Counted from the first letter of the stretch, positions 30,245 to 39,795 are shown. The stretch is 64,000 bases of DNA from an uncultured Candidatus Rokubacteria bacterium (GCA_963708025.1 CAVPSB010000023.1:32001-96000), one strand, 5' to 3'. Translations and numbers: made by a program. Notes: generated by a model from the letters alone, not told the origin.

Positions 30245-31294
30245 ATGCGGGATCCTACCGCCCCGGCGTCCGATCCCTTCGTCCGCCGGCGCGAGTGGGC
30301 CGCGCTCGACGGGCCGGCGTGGCGGGCGTTCCTCACGCGCTGGGCGATCTCGGTCTGCTCGCTGGTCGGCGGCCTGGCCGCGCTGTTCGTCTTCCGCCGG
30401 GCTGTCCCTCACGTCGCCTGGATCGTCGGCTACGTGGTCGTGCTCTGGCTCCTCTTCACCGTGCGGACTCAGATGCGCGCCCGGCTCGAGTCCCGTCGGA
30501 GCCGCCTGGTGGCGGCGGCCGGCGACTACACGATCCAGACCCTCTACCACGGGCTCTTGCTCTTCGTGCTGCCCGGCTACCTGGCGAGCACGACCTTCGA
30601 CGGCCTCACCGTCGCGTTCTTCGTCCTGCTGGCCGCCGCCGCCCTCTTGACCACGGTCGATCCCTGGTACCGGGCGCTCGTCCACCCGTATCCCTGGTGC
30701 GGCCGCGCCCTCTTCGCCTTCTCCATCTTCGCCGGCCTCAACGTCGCGCTCCCGCTCGTCGGCATCTCGCCGGCCTGGGCCCTCCCCACCAGCGCCGCCG
30801 CCGCCGGGCTCGGGCTGGGGCCGGCCTTCGTCGAGCGGGCCGGCTCGTGGCTCGGCGCCATGGGCTACGCAGCCGGGTCCGCCCTCGCCGGCGCCGCGCT
30901 CGGCTGGCTCTGCCTGCCGGCCATCCCGCCGGCTCCGCTCCAGCTCGTCGCGCCGACCATGGCGCGGGCCGTCGCCAACCTGGACCCGGTGGAGCCGGTC
31001 GGGGGCCGGGTCTCCGTGGACACCCTCGCCACCTGGGGCGGCCTCGCGGCCTACACGCCGGTCGCCGCGCCGGCGGGCCTCCGGCAGCCCATCCTGCACC
31101 AGTGGCGTCACGACGGCCGGGTCGTCACGACGGTTCGGCTGCCGACGCCGGTGCTGGGCGGCCGCGCGGCGGGCTTCCGCACCCACTCGCGCAAGACCGA
31201 CTTCCCGCCGGATCCGCGCGGACGCTGGTCCGTCGACGTCGTCACGGCGTCGGGCCAGTTGATCGGCCGGGTGCGCTTCACCGTGGGGCCGTGA
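30245..31294 (+). CDS. Membrane protein with C-terminal DUF2914 domain
   Basis: Multiple TM helices, then APAGLRQPILHQWRHDG..GFRTHSRK..GRWSVDVVTASGQLIGRVRFTV. Confidence 0.75.
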   Translation: MRDPTAPASDPFVRRREWAALDGPAWRAFLTRWAISVCSLVGGLAALFVFRRAVPHVAWIVGYVVVLWLLFTVRTQMRARLESRRSRLVAAAGDYTIQTLYHGLLLFVLPGYLASTTFDGLTVAFFVLLAAAALLTTVDPWYRALVHPYPWCGRALFAFSIFAGLNVALPLVGISPAWALPTSAAAAGLGLGPAFVERAGSWLGAMGYAAGSALAGAALGWLCLPAIPPAPLQLVAPTMARAVANLDPVEPVGGRVSVDTLATWGGLAAYTPVAAPAGLRQPILHQWRHDGRVVTTVRLPTPVLGGRAAGFRTHSRKTDFPPDPRGRWSVDVVTASGQLIGRVRFTVGP

Positions 31295-31300
31295 GTCTGT

Positions 31301-31490
31301 TCGGGGGGGTCTCGGAAGACCCCCCCGATGCCCCCCCTTCGGAGGCCGCGGCAAGCCGCGGCTCGAAGTGGAACGCCATGGCCGCGAGGCTTGGAGGCAG
31401 CGCGTTGCGAGAAGCCAATGGGTGGCGCGATGGGAGCCGCCCGGATGTGGTCGCCGACCTGAGAGCACATGGGCGGGAGGTCACGAACTG
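31301..31490 (+). repeat. Composite repeat: family C hairpin + conserved middle segment + family B 3' end
   Basis: GGGGGTCT-CGGA-AGACCCCC; 31364-31441 matches 43616-43692; ends GGGCGGGAGGTCACGAACTG. Confidence 0.75.
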
Positions 31491-31496
31491 AAGAAG

Positions 31497-32306
31497 ATGG
31501 AGCTTGCCGGCGGGAGTGTGCTGCTCGTCGATACGCACGCGCACCTCCACGATGCTGCGTTCGCGGAGGACCGGGCGGCCGTGCTCGCCCGGGCCCGGGC
31601 GGCCGGCGTCGCGCGGCTCTTGACCGTCGGCACCGACCCGGACGCGGCGCGCGCCGCCGTGGCCCTGGCCGCGGCCGAGCCGGACGTCTACGCGGCGGTC
31701 GGCATCCACCCCCACGACGCGGCGAAGGCGGACGCCGACGCCCTCGCGGTCATCGCGGCGCTGGCCCGTGCGCCCCGGGTGGTCGCCATCGGCGAGATCG
31801 GCCTCGACTACTACCGCAACCTCTCGCCGCCCGACGCCCAGCGGGACGCGCTGCGCGTGCAGCTCGCGCTGGCCCGCGAGGTCGGCAAGCCCGTGCTCCT
31901 CCACTGTCGGGAAGCGCACGCCGACCTGCTCGCCGTGCTGGCGGCGGAGGGGATCGGGCGGGCCGGCGGGATCATGCACTGCTTCTCGGGGGAGCTGGCG
32001 GTCGCCCGGCGCTGTCTCGACCTGGGCTTGCTGGTCTCGATCGCCGGGCCCGTGACCTACCCGAACGCGCGCCGGCTCGGCGAGGTCGTCCGCGCGCTCG
32101 GCCTCGATTCGCTCGTGATCGAGACCGACTGCCCGTACCTGCCGCCCCAGCCGTGGCGCGGGAAGCGCAACGAGCCGGCCTATCTGCCGGCCACCGCCGC
32201 CCGGATCGCCGAGCTCACCGGCGTTCCCGTCGCGGACGTGGCGCGGCGGACGACCGCCACCGCCTGCGCGCGTCTGGGGATTCCCGTGCCGGAGGCCGAC
32301 CGATGA
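31497..32306 (+). CDS. tatD: TatD-family deoxyribonuclease (alternative start 31518)
   Basis: DTHAHL, GIHPH, GEIGLDY, HCRE, HCFSG and ETDCPYL motifs. Confidence 0.95.
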   Translation: MELAGGSVLLVDTHAHLHDAAFAEDRAAVLARARAAGVARLLTVGTDPDAARAAVALAAAEPDVYAAVGIHPHDAAKADADALAVIAALARAPRVVAIGEIGLDYYRNLSPPDAQRDALRVQLALAREVGKPVLLHCREAHADLLAVLAAEGIGRAGGIMHCFSGELAVARRCLDLGLLVSIAGPVTYPNARRLGEVVRALGLDSLVIETDCPYLPPQPWRGKRNEPAYLPATAARIAELTGVPVADVARRTTATACARLGIPVPEADR

Positions 32307-32514
32307 GATCCCCCCCGGCGGCGCGGTCCGGCCTCGTACCGCGTTGGGACCGCGGGCCGCCCCCCCTCCCCCCGGCCAAAGGCCGGAGGCCGTCGGTTGG
32401 TGGGGAGGGGTCGCCAAAGGCCGAAGGCCGTCAATGGGTGGGGGTGGGCCCGCCACCGGAGGGGCGCGACGTCCCGAGGGCCGCAGGCCCGAGGCGTCGC
32501 GGCGAGACGGATGA
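32302..32514 (+). repeat. Family E + family D repeats between the tatD stop and M28 start, flanked by GATGA
   Basis: GATGA at 32302-32306 and 32510-32514; E body 32307-32450; D hairpin 32466-32500. Confidence 0.75.
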
Positions 32515-33485
32515 CCGGAGGGGCGCTCTGGCGCCGGGAGCTGCGCCGTGCCCTGGGCGGCGCGCTGAACGTCCTCACGGCGCGCCTCCTGAACGTCCGC
32601 CACCGGGGCCCGGCCGTCACGCCCCTCGAGCTCGAGGCCTACCAGGCGCTGGCCGCGCCGACGGCGATCGACACGGCGCGCTTGCTCGCGGGCCGATCGA
32701 ACGCCCAGCGCGCCCGCCTGGTCGAGGCGGTGCTCCGGCGCCTCGGCGCTCCGGTGACGCGGCTCCCGTACCGGACCGTCGAGGGGGCCGGGGTGAACCT
32801 CTTCGTCGAGGCCGGCGCCGGCTCCCGGGTGCTCCTGCTGGCCGCTCACCACGACGCGGTGCCGGGCAGCCCGGGCGCCAACGACAACGCGGCGAGCGTC
32901 GGCCTCCTGCTGGATCTGTGGGCCCGCCTGGCCGCCGACCCGCCCCGGCGGCTGACCGTCCGGTTCGGCTTCTTCGGCGACGAGGAGCGCGGCATGCTCG
33001 GCTCCCGGGTGTATGCCCGGACCGCGGCGCTCGGCGATCTGGTCGGCGTGGTGAGCCTGGAGCTGTGCGGGATCGGCGACAGCCTGGCCCTGTGGGACGT
33101 CACGCCGGCGCTGGCCGAGACGCCGCTCGTCCGGGCCTGGATCGAGGCGGCGGAGTCCCTCGGCTACCGGCGCGACGAGACCTATCACCTAGCCGAGCCG
33201 GTTCCGTTCTTCGGGAGCGACCACCGGCCGCTGGTCGATCGAGGCGTCCCGGGCGTCGGCCTGACCGCGGTGCCGACCGCGGCGGCGGAGGCGCTGCGCG
33301 CGTTCATCTACGGTGGCGTCCGTGGCGTCCTGGTGCCGCCGGCGCGGCGCCCACCCCCCTTCACGACCTACCACACGGCCGCCGACGCCCCCGAGACGCT
33401 CGAGCCGGCCGCGCTCGCCCGCACGGTCACCGTGCTGGAAGCGCTCTGCCGGGTCCTCGAATCCCGCCCGGGCGCCCCGGGGTGA
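32511..33485 (+). CDS. M28-family metallopeptidase
   Basis: AHHD, GANDNAAS, DEERGMLGS, SDH and YHTAAD motifs. Confidence 0.88.
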   Translation: MTGGALWRRELRRALGGALNVLTARLLNVRHRGPAVTPLELEAYQALAAPTAIDTARLLAGRSNAQRARLVEAVLRRLGAPVTRLPYRTVEGAGVNLFVEAGAGSRVLLLAAHHDAVPGSPGANDNAASVGLLLDLWARLAADPPRRLTVRFGFFGDEERGMLGSRVYARTAALGDLVGVVSLELCGIGDSLALWDVTPALAETPLVRAWIEAAESLGYRRDETYHLAEPVPFFGSDHRPLVDRGVPGVGLTAVPTAAAEALRAFIYGGVRGVLVPPARRPPPFTTYHTAADAPETLEPAALARTVTVLEALCRVLESRPGAPG

Positions 33486-33493
33486 CCGGACGG

Positions 33494-33832
33494 TCACGTG
33501 TAGTCGAGAGCGCGGAGCATGCTCCCGGCGGCCGCTTCGAAGGCGTCGATCTCGTCGGCCCGCAGCTCGTCCCGCCACCGCCCGATCCGGGCCGGCTCCG
33601 GGGGTCGACTCGTGAAGCGCTGGTTTTCCAGGCGCCGGGCCTTGCTGATGAGCGAGCTCCCGTCCGCTCGGAACCGCGCTTCGTGCTCGGCCAGGCGCTC
33701 GGGGGCCCGCTCGTAGTAGCGCTCCATGGCCGCGTCAAACCCCAGCTCGAGGAAGCGGAGCAGCGTGGTTCCGGAGCGCGGAACGCCGACGACGAAGGGC
33801 GCCGGGGGAGAACGCCGGGTGGGGGACTTCAC
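33494..33832 (-). pseudogene. Sulfotransferase remnant with in-frame internal deletion
   Basis: 5'PSB loop FVVGVPRSGTTLLR is joined directly to C-terminal FLELGFDAAM..RIGRWRDEL; only 112 aa. Confidence 0.7.
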
Positions 33833-35034
33833 GCCGGGCGGTCGGGGAGCGCACGAAGCCGGCGCCACCCACGCTTCACACGGCTCCCCCCCATGCGCGC
33901 GAGCAGCCCGCGGACCCGGGCTCGGAGGGGCCGCGGGCGCGTCCGGGCCAGATCGGCCTCCAGTTGCCGGGCCTGGACCTCCAGCTGCAGGATCCGGTCT
34001 TCCGCGGCGAAGATGGCGAAGAGCGGCGGCTCGAGCGACTGGAGATAGTCCGCCGCCGCCCGCGCCTCGACGCTCGCGGCGTCCGGGCTGGTCGGGGCCC
34101 CATCGGCCAGGGCGTCCTCGTAGGTCGAGAGCAGCTCGGTGACCATGACGTCGAGGCCGGCCTCGGCGCGCACCCGGGCCGACACCGCCGCGGCCTCGCG
34201 CGGGTCGTACCGGGCGATCTGGTCCACCAGGAGGTCGGCGCTCACGGGGTTGACCAGCGTGCCGCGTCCGAAGTTGAGCCGCCGCAGCCCGGCGACGGCC
34301 TCTGGCCGGACCAGCGGGCCACTCCCCTCGGGGCCGCACAGCACGACCGCGGCGCCGACCGCCAGGGCCTCCAGAGCACACTTCGCCTTGGCGAACACCA
34401 GGTCGAACTTCCCGAGGATCGCCTCGGGCTGCTCGCTTACGGCGTTCACCCCGGAGCCGACCACCTCGAGATCCAGGCCCGTTCGCGCACACGCCGCGCG
34501 CACCGCCGGGAGGTAGGTGTTCTCGTTCGCGTAGTTGCTGAAGAGGAGGGCCCGCCGGGGACGCTCGGGGAGCGGTCCCCGCGGCTTGAACCGATCGAGG
34601 TCGACCGCGTTGTAGACGACGCGCACCTGGCCCTCGGGGAGCTCGCCCTCGGCGAGGAGCCGCTCGCGACAGAGGTGGTCGACGGCCACGTACCGACGGA
34701 TCCGCGGAAACCGGGGCGGCGCGTCGGCCCAGAAATGGCCGCTGTGACAGACGAAGACGGCCGGGACTCCGGGAAAGCGGAGCAGCGCCGACATCGTGGG
34801 AAGGCTGTGGTGACCATGGATGACGTGCGGTCGCGCCTCGAGGTCGGCCAGCCGCTCCCGGACCGGCACGCCCGCGTCGCGGATCTCCCGGGCGATCGAG
34901 CCCGTCCGCGGGCTGTAGACCACGGGCTGATGCCCGCGCCGCTGGAGGGCGAGGGCGAGGTCGCGGACGTAGGTTTCCGTCCCGCTGCGGCCTAGCAGCA
35001 CCATGTTGGTGATGAGGACCCGGAGACCGGCCAC
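33829..35034 (-). CDS. GT-B (family 4-like) glycosyltransferase
   Basis: LRVLITN..GTETYVRDLA..RGH, VIHGHH, VVYNAVDLDRF and ALEALAVG motifs. Confidence 0.8.
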   Translation of the reverse strand: MAGLRVLITNMVLLGRSGTETYVRDLALALQRRGHQPVVYSPRTGSIAREIRDAGVPVRERLADLEARPHVIHGHHSLPTMSALLRFPGVPAVFVCHSGHFWADAPPRFPRIRRYVAVDHLCRERLLAEGELPEGQVRVVYNAVDLDRFKPRGPLPERPRRALLFSNYANENTYLPAVRAACARTGLDLEVVGSGVNAVSEQPEAILGKFDLVFAKAKCALEALAVGAAVVLCGPEGSGPLVRPEAVAGLRRLNFGRGTLVNPVSADLLVDQIARYDPREAAAVSARVRAEAGLDVMVTELLSTYEDALADGAPTSPDAASVEARAAADYLQSLEPPLFAIFAAEDRILQLEVQARQLEADLARTRPRPLRARVRGLLARMGGSRVKRGWRRLRALPDRPA

Positions 35035-35192
35035 GGCTCAGGCTCCGTAGACCTGCAGGTCGTGACCGGGATGAGCGCCGACGAGGGCGAAGCGCCGCGC
35101 GACCGGGCCGCTCACGTGGTGGCTGGCCGGTGTCCCTGGATTGACGCCGGAGGAAGCGGCGGCGTCGCGGGGGTCGCGGCGGGAGCCCACGG

Positions 35193-35480
35193 TCAGGGGA
35201 ACGACGGGCCCTCGGCGAGGCGGGCGAGCAGGAGCCGGCTCTCTGCGGCCGCCGTGCGCGGGACGAGGATGCGCACCTCCCCCTGGCCGCCGACCGTGAA
35301 GGGATGCACGGACTGGGCGACGTGGGTGCGGAGCAGCACCCGGATCCCGTAGGCCTCCAGGAGGCTCTGCACCACGAGGGCCTCGGCCTGATCCCGCACG
35401 CGCGTCACTTCCTCGAACTCGTCGGCGTCGTCGCCGGGTTCGTCGGACCGTCGCGGGAACGGGATCACTCGCCCGGTCAT
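35193..35480 (-). CDS. DUF2007-family small protein
   Basis: EALVVQSLLEAYGI..GEVRILVP motif. Confidence 0.75.
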   Translation of the reverse strand: MTGRVIPFPRRSDEPGDDADEFEEVTRVRDQAEALVVQSLLEAYGIRVLLRTHVAQSVHPFTVGGQGEVRILVPRTAAAESRLLLARLAEGPSFP

Positions 35481-35514
35481 GTCGCCATGCTACCAGACCG
35501 CCGGGGGGTAGCCC

Positions 35515-36045
35515 TTATTCGGCAAGGCGCTGGATGCCCACCCGGTGCCGCCGCGCCAGGGCCTGGTAGGCCTCCGGGTTGACCCGCACCCAACGCTCGG
35601 CCGCGGTGCCGGCGAGCGATCGCTTCACCTCGGCAGGGACGCCGGCCACCAGGACGCCGCCCGGCACGGCCATTCCGGCCGGGACGACGGCACCGGCGGC
35701 GACCAGGCTGCGCGCCCCGATCCGGGCCCCGTCGAGCACGACCGCCCCGTTCCCGACGAGGCACTCCTCCTCAAGGATCGCGGCGTGCACCATGCAGAGG
35801 TGGGCGACGGTCACGCCGGGGCCGATCTCGACAGGGCCGTCCGGCGTGGTATGGACCACCGCGTTGTCCTGCACGTTGGCGCCGGCCCGGAGGACGATCG
35901 GCGCGAAGTCGCCGCGGAGCACGACCCCGTACCAGACCGAGGCGCCGGCCTCCACGGTGACGTCCCCGATCAGCGTGGCGGTGGGGGCGATGAACGCCTC
36001 CGCGTGTACCCGGGGACGGCGGCCTTCGAAGCTGTAGAGCGGCAT
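35515..36045 (-). CDS. Gamma carbonic anhydrase-like hexapeptide-repeat protein
   Basis: IAPTATLIGDV..VLRGD..NVQDNAVVH..HLCMVH. Confidence 0.92.
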   Translation of the reverse strand: MPLYSFEGRRPRVHAEAFIAPTATLIGDVTVEAGASVWYGVVLRGDFAPIVLRAGANVQDNAVVHTTPDGPVEIGPGVTVAHLCMVHAAILEEECLVGNGAVVLDGARIGARSLVAAGAVVPAGMAVPGGVLVAGVPAEVKRSLAGTAAERWVRVNPEAYQALARRHRVGIQRLAE

Positions 36046-36124
36046 GGCGTCTCTCCGCGCGAGCGGTCGGACATCCGACCTGCCCATGATAGCAGCCCTT
36101 GACGGCGGCCGGCCGGTCGAGCGC

Positions 36125-36210
36125 GGGCGTGTGAAAGGAATCGGGGCCTCCGGCTCCCCCTTCCCCTCAGTGGGTGGGGGGGGTTGGGGGGGTGGGAGGG
36201 AGGTCCCGAA
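36125..36210 (+). repeat. Family B repeat, antisense to flanking genes
   Basis: GGGCGTGTGAA..CCCCCTTCCCC..GGGAGGGAGGTCCCGAA. Confidence 0.75.
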
Positions 36211-36214
36211 GATC

Positions 36215-37210
36215 TCAGCCGGGAGCGAGGTCGCGCCAGGCCGGCAGGCCGCCGAGGGAGGTCGCGGCGCGCACGCCGCGGACCACCGCGTCGGCGACAC
36301 AGTCCGCCGCCGCCAACCCGAGCACGTCGAGGGGCGCGGTCGTCTCGGCTCCCGTCGCGAGGCAGAAGAGCGTGTCGCCGTCCACGGTGGTGTGTGGCGG
36401 TGAGAGCGTCGCCGCCAGCCCCAGGTGGGCGAGGCTGGCGAGCCGCCCGGCCTCGACCTTCGTCAGCCGCGCGTCCGTCGCCACGACGCCGATCGTGGTG
36501 TGGGTCCCGCGAAAGCCGGGCGGTGGCGCCCCGGCGCGGAGCGCGCGGGCTGTGTCGACGAGCCGGTGACCATCCGGGGCATCGCGGGCGCCGGCAAGCA
36601 GGGCGCCCGTGACGGGGTCCCGCACGTCCCCCAGCGCGTTGACGGCGACGAGGGCCCCGACCGTCGCGGCCCCGGCCCGCCGGCTGGCCGTCCCGATTCC
36701 GCCCTTCATCGCGCGCGACAGCCCGAAGAGCTTCCCGAGCGAGGCCCCGGTTCCGGCGCCGACGGAGCCCTCCGCGACCGGCCCGGCGGTCGCCGCCGTG
36801 GCGGCCCGCTCCCCCATCGACCGGTCGGGCCGAGCGCGCCGGTCGCCGACGGCGAGGTCGTACAGGATCGCTCCGACCACGAGGGGGACGACACCGGCCG
36901 GCGTGGGGAAGCCGATGCCCCGCGCTTCGAGGTGCGCCATCATCCCGAAGACCGTCTCGAGGCCGAAGGCGCTGCCGCCCGCCAGGACGACCGCGTGGAT
37001 CCGCTCGGCGAGGTGTCGCGGGTCGAGGAGATCGAGGCCGGCGATCCCCGAGGCCCAGCCGCGCACCTCGACCGAGGCGACGGCGCCGTCGGGGCAGAGG
37101 ATGGCCGTGCAGCCGGTCGCGCCGACGGGATCCGTGGCGTGGCCGACGAGGAGTCCCGGGACGTCGGTCAGCGCGCCGGAGATTCGAGACCTCCAGCGCC
37201 TCCCGCCCAC
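36215..37210 (-). CDS. P1/S58 (DmpA-like) aminopeptidase; start uncertain (GTG 37210 or ATC 37183)
   Basis: LTDVPGLLVGH, LAGGSAFGL, GSVGAGTGA, KGGIGTAS and HTTVDGDTLF motifs. Confidence 0.88.
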   Translation of the reverse strand: MGGRRWRSRISGALTDVPGLLVGHATDPVGATGCTAILCPDGAVASVEVRGWASGIAGLDLLDPRHLAERIHAVVLAGGSAFGLETVFGMMAHLEARGIGFPTPAGVVPLVVGAILYDLAVGDRRARPDRSMGERAATAATAGPVAEGSVGAGTGASLGKLFGLSRAMKGGIGTASRRAGAATVGALVAVNALGDVRDPVTGALLAGARDAPDGHRLVDTARALRAGAPPPGFRGTHTTIGVVATDARLTKVEAGRLASLAHLGLAATLSPPHTTVDGDTLFCLATGAETTAPLDVLGLAAADCVADAVVRGVRAATSLGGLPAWRDLAPG

Positions 37211-37282
37211 CCCCCCAGCCCCCCTCCCCCACCCACCGGGGGGAGGGGGGGGCCGGAAGGCCCCACGGGTTCACACGCCCTC
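37184..37282 (-). repeat. Family B repeat supplying the upstream stop and the downstream SD
   Basis: Minus strand GAGGGCGTG-TGA..CCCCCTCCCCC..GGGGGAGGGGG..GGGCGGGAGG..GGAGGTCTCGAATC. Confidence 0.75.
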
Positions 37283-38539
37283 AGTGGAGGGGGCCTCACT
37301 GCCGCCTCTGTCCTTCCATATTAACGGGTCGCGGCGCGGAGGGGGCGCGGCACGCGGCGGACCTGGTTCGACGGGAAGGCGGCCCAGGACGACCTCGCCG
37401 GCCACCTCCAGGCTGCGCTCGACCAGCGCGCGCACGAACGGGATGCGGCGGGGCGCGTAGTCGGGGTCCGCCAGGGCCCGGGCCACCGCGACCGCCTGCC
37501 GGGCCTCGGCGGGCCGGTCCGTCGCGTCCAGCACGAAGGCCTGCTCCTCCAGCCGTCGCTGCCAGAGCCGTCGCGCGTCGGCGCCGAACTGGCTCTCGAC
37601 CGTCCGGTCGATCAGGGCGGCGTGGCGCTCCGCCTTCACCTGGTCGGTGACGACCAGACGGCTTTCGTTGGCCTGCAACAGCTCGACGGCCTCACCCTGA
37701 ACGGAGGGGGGATCGAGGAACCAGCCGGCCAGCTCGGGGACCTCGAGGAGCCGGGCCGAGGCCTCGAGTGCCGCCGGGTCGTCGGCGACGGTCTCGGAGG
37801 GGATGCGGGCGTAGATCGGCGGCGGGCCCACCGCCTCGCCCGGGTCGAGCAGCGGCTGCCACCGGGCCAGCTCGGCGGGGACCGGGGTGCCGGCCGCCGC
37901 GTGCAGGCGACTCGCCTCGGCGAACAGGTGAACGGCCCACGCCGGCGGTGCTTCCACCCACGGCAGGGGGCTCTCCTCCCGGATTGCGCGGAGCCGCTCG
38001 CCGAGCCGCTTCTTGGCGATGGGCCCGCCGGCCACGTCGAGGATCCCGGTGAAGTCGTTGAGGACGCCCGTGAGCAGCGTGCGCTCGCCGGACGGTCCCT
38101 CGAACAGGATCCAGCAGCCCCGGGAGCCGGTGCCGTCCACCGCGGACACCCAGGCCTCCGTCGGCACCGGCGCCATCGGCGCCGGCTTCGCGGCGGGCGG
38201 CTTCGGGGTGGGCGTCACCCCGGCCTGGCGGAGCCGGTAGAGCGCGCGGCGCAGCGCGGTGCGGACGGCCTTCGGGAGGCCAGGCCGCTCCGCCTCCGCG
38301 AGGGCATCGGCCGCCGTCCGGCTCGCCACCGACGCCAGGGCCTCGGCGGCGGCGATCGCCCCGTCGGGCCGCCCGTTGAGGCACCGGCGGAGCAGTGGCA
38401 CGCTGCCAGGCCCGTGCCGGCGGGCGAGGAGCCTCAGGCTGTCGGCCAGCTCGGTCGCCGGGATCGTGGCCAGGGCGGCGGCGACGGCCTCGGGACTCGG
38501 CTCCTCGCCGACCAGCGCCTCGAGCGCGGCGCCTACCAT
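37271..38539 (-). CDS. Hypothetical protein with HEAT-like N-terminus
   Basis: 422-aa ORF with host-like codon usage; VRTALRRALYRLRQAG and SAVDGTGSR segments; overlaps the upstream gene. Confidence 0.65.
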   Translation of the reverse strand: MVGAALEALVGEEPSPEAVAAALATIPATELADSLRLLARRHGPGSVPLLRRCLNGRPDGAIAAAEALASVASRTAADALAEAERPGLPKAVRTALRRALYRLRQAGVTPTPKPPAAKPAPMAPVPTEAWVSAVDGTGSRGCWILFEGPSGERTLLTGVLNDFTGILDVAGGPIAKKRLGERLRAIREESPLPWVEAPPAWAVHLFAEASRLHAAAGTPVPAELARWQPLLDPGEAVGPPPIYARIPSETVADDPAALEASARLLEVPELAGWFLDPPSVQGEAVELLQANESRLVVTDQVKAERHAALIDRTVESQFGADARRLWQRRLEEQAFVLDATDRPAEARQAVAVARALADPDYAPRRIPFVRALVERSLEVAGEVVLGRLPVEPGPPRAAPPPRRDPLIWKDRGGSEAPSTEGV

Positions 38540-39096
38540 TCCTTGATCAGGCGCAGGACCGGCTGCAGCTCTCGTGGGGAGTCCAGCGGGCGGAGGTAGA
38601 CGCGCTTCATGTACTGGAGCGCCGTCGCGTAGCCCTCGAACCGGTCGGCGAGCGCCGCGAAGAGCCGGGCGTCGGCCTTCAGCGCCGACCGCTGGAAGTC
38701 CGCCACCACCTGGTACGCGCGCTTGCCCTCCCGAACGTAGAACCCCGTGCTGGCCCGGCGCTCGACGTGTTCGCGGAAGACCCCGATCATGAAGAGGGTG
38801 AAGTCGCCGATGTGCTGTCGGACGTCGCGCTCCCGGAAGGGGTTGAAGTGCGGCTGGTCGAATTCCCAGCTTCGCTGCACTTCGATCAGCATCTCGACGA
38901 CGGTCTCCAGGCGCTCGCCGGTCGCGCCGTGGAGAGCATAGAGCTGGTCGGTGCGGGCGAAGCGAGCGAGCAGACCGGCCAGGTAGTCGGCGACGGGATC
39001 CGCGCCGCCCATTCGTAGGTCCTCCAGGCTCCGCCGCACGAGACGGTCGAAGAACCGCTTGAGGCTGGGCGCGATGGGAGATTCCGACATCGCCAC
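38533..39096 (-). CDS. Conserved hypothetical helical protein
   Basis: Globular composition with YLAGLLARF, QHIGDFTLFMIGVF and GKRAY segments; TATCAT -10 upstream. Confidence 0.7.
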   Translation of the reverse strand: MAMSESPIAPSLKRFFDRLVRRSLEDLRMGGADPVADYLAGLLARFARTDQLYALHGATGERLETVVEMLIEVQRSWEFDQPHFNPFRERDVRQHIGDFTLFMIGVFREHVERRASTGFYVREGKRAYQVVADFQRSALKADARLFAALADRFEGYATALQYMKRVYLRPLDSPRELQPVLRLIKEW

Positions 39097-39340
39097 GCTG
39101 ATGATACCCCAGGGCCCGAAGCTATGCCAAGGCTCCGGGGTCCCCGGCGGGCCCAGAATTTTCTTGGGGATGCCGCGCGCGGGTTTCTAGAATCGACGCT
39201 GACGGGATGTCACACGCCGGTCTCCGTCCGATCGCCGTCGCGCTTCGAGCCGAAGCGCTCCGAGCGCCCGCTTTGCCCGCGCAATCCCGGGGAGAGGAAT
39301 CGGGAGGCGTATGCCGCCCGCCGACACCAAGGAGGCACGC

Positions 39341-39790
39341 ATGGCGATGATCCAGCAGGAGCTGAAAGCCCAGACTCCCGAGGAAGAGCCGGAGGAGATC
39401 TACGAAGAGGAGCCCCGACGTTGACCGTGGGGCGCGATCCTGAGCGTCGCCCTCGCCCTCGCTGTGATCTTCGTCGGCTACCAGTGGCACCAGGCGTCGG
39501 CGCGCGAGCAGACGCTCGGCGGCCAGGCGCACGCGCTGCGGGCCGAGGCCGAGTCCCTCCGCCTCCGCGTCGAAGAGGCCCAGCGCGAGGTGGATGGACT
39601 GCAGAAGAAGGTGGCCGCGCTCGGGGCCGAGAGGACCGCGCTGGGCGAGCGCATCGTCGGCCTCGAGAAGGCCGCCCAGGAGCACCAGGCCGCCCTCCGC
39701 GCCGCCGAGCAGAGGAGCGCGGCCGCGACCGCCGCCGCCGCGCGGGAGAAGGCGCGAGCGATTCCGGTCGTCCAGAAGAAGTCGCGGTAG
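39341..39790 (+). pseudogene. Membrane-anchored coiled-coil protein with in-frame TGA at codon 28
   Basis: AAGGAGG SD, then MAMIQQE..EPRR*PWGAILSVALALAVIF continuing in frame into ORF 39464-39790. Confidence 0.6.
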
Positions 39791-39795
39791 CCTCT

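Noticed and set aside
25768-32514. Family E repeats as a CRISPR array
   Set aside because: Dispersed, variable length, no regular spacers and no cas genes.
39422-39460. Selenocysteine recoding of the in-frame TGA
   Set aside because: No redox motif, the context fits Trp, and the weak downstream hairpin is unremarkable at this GC.
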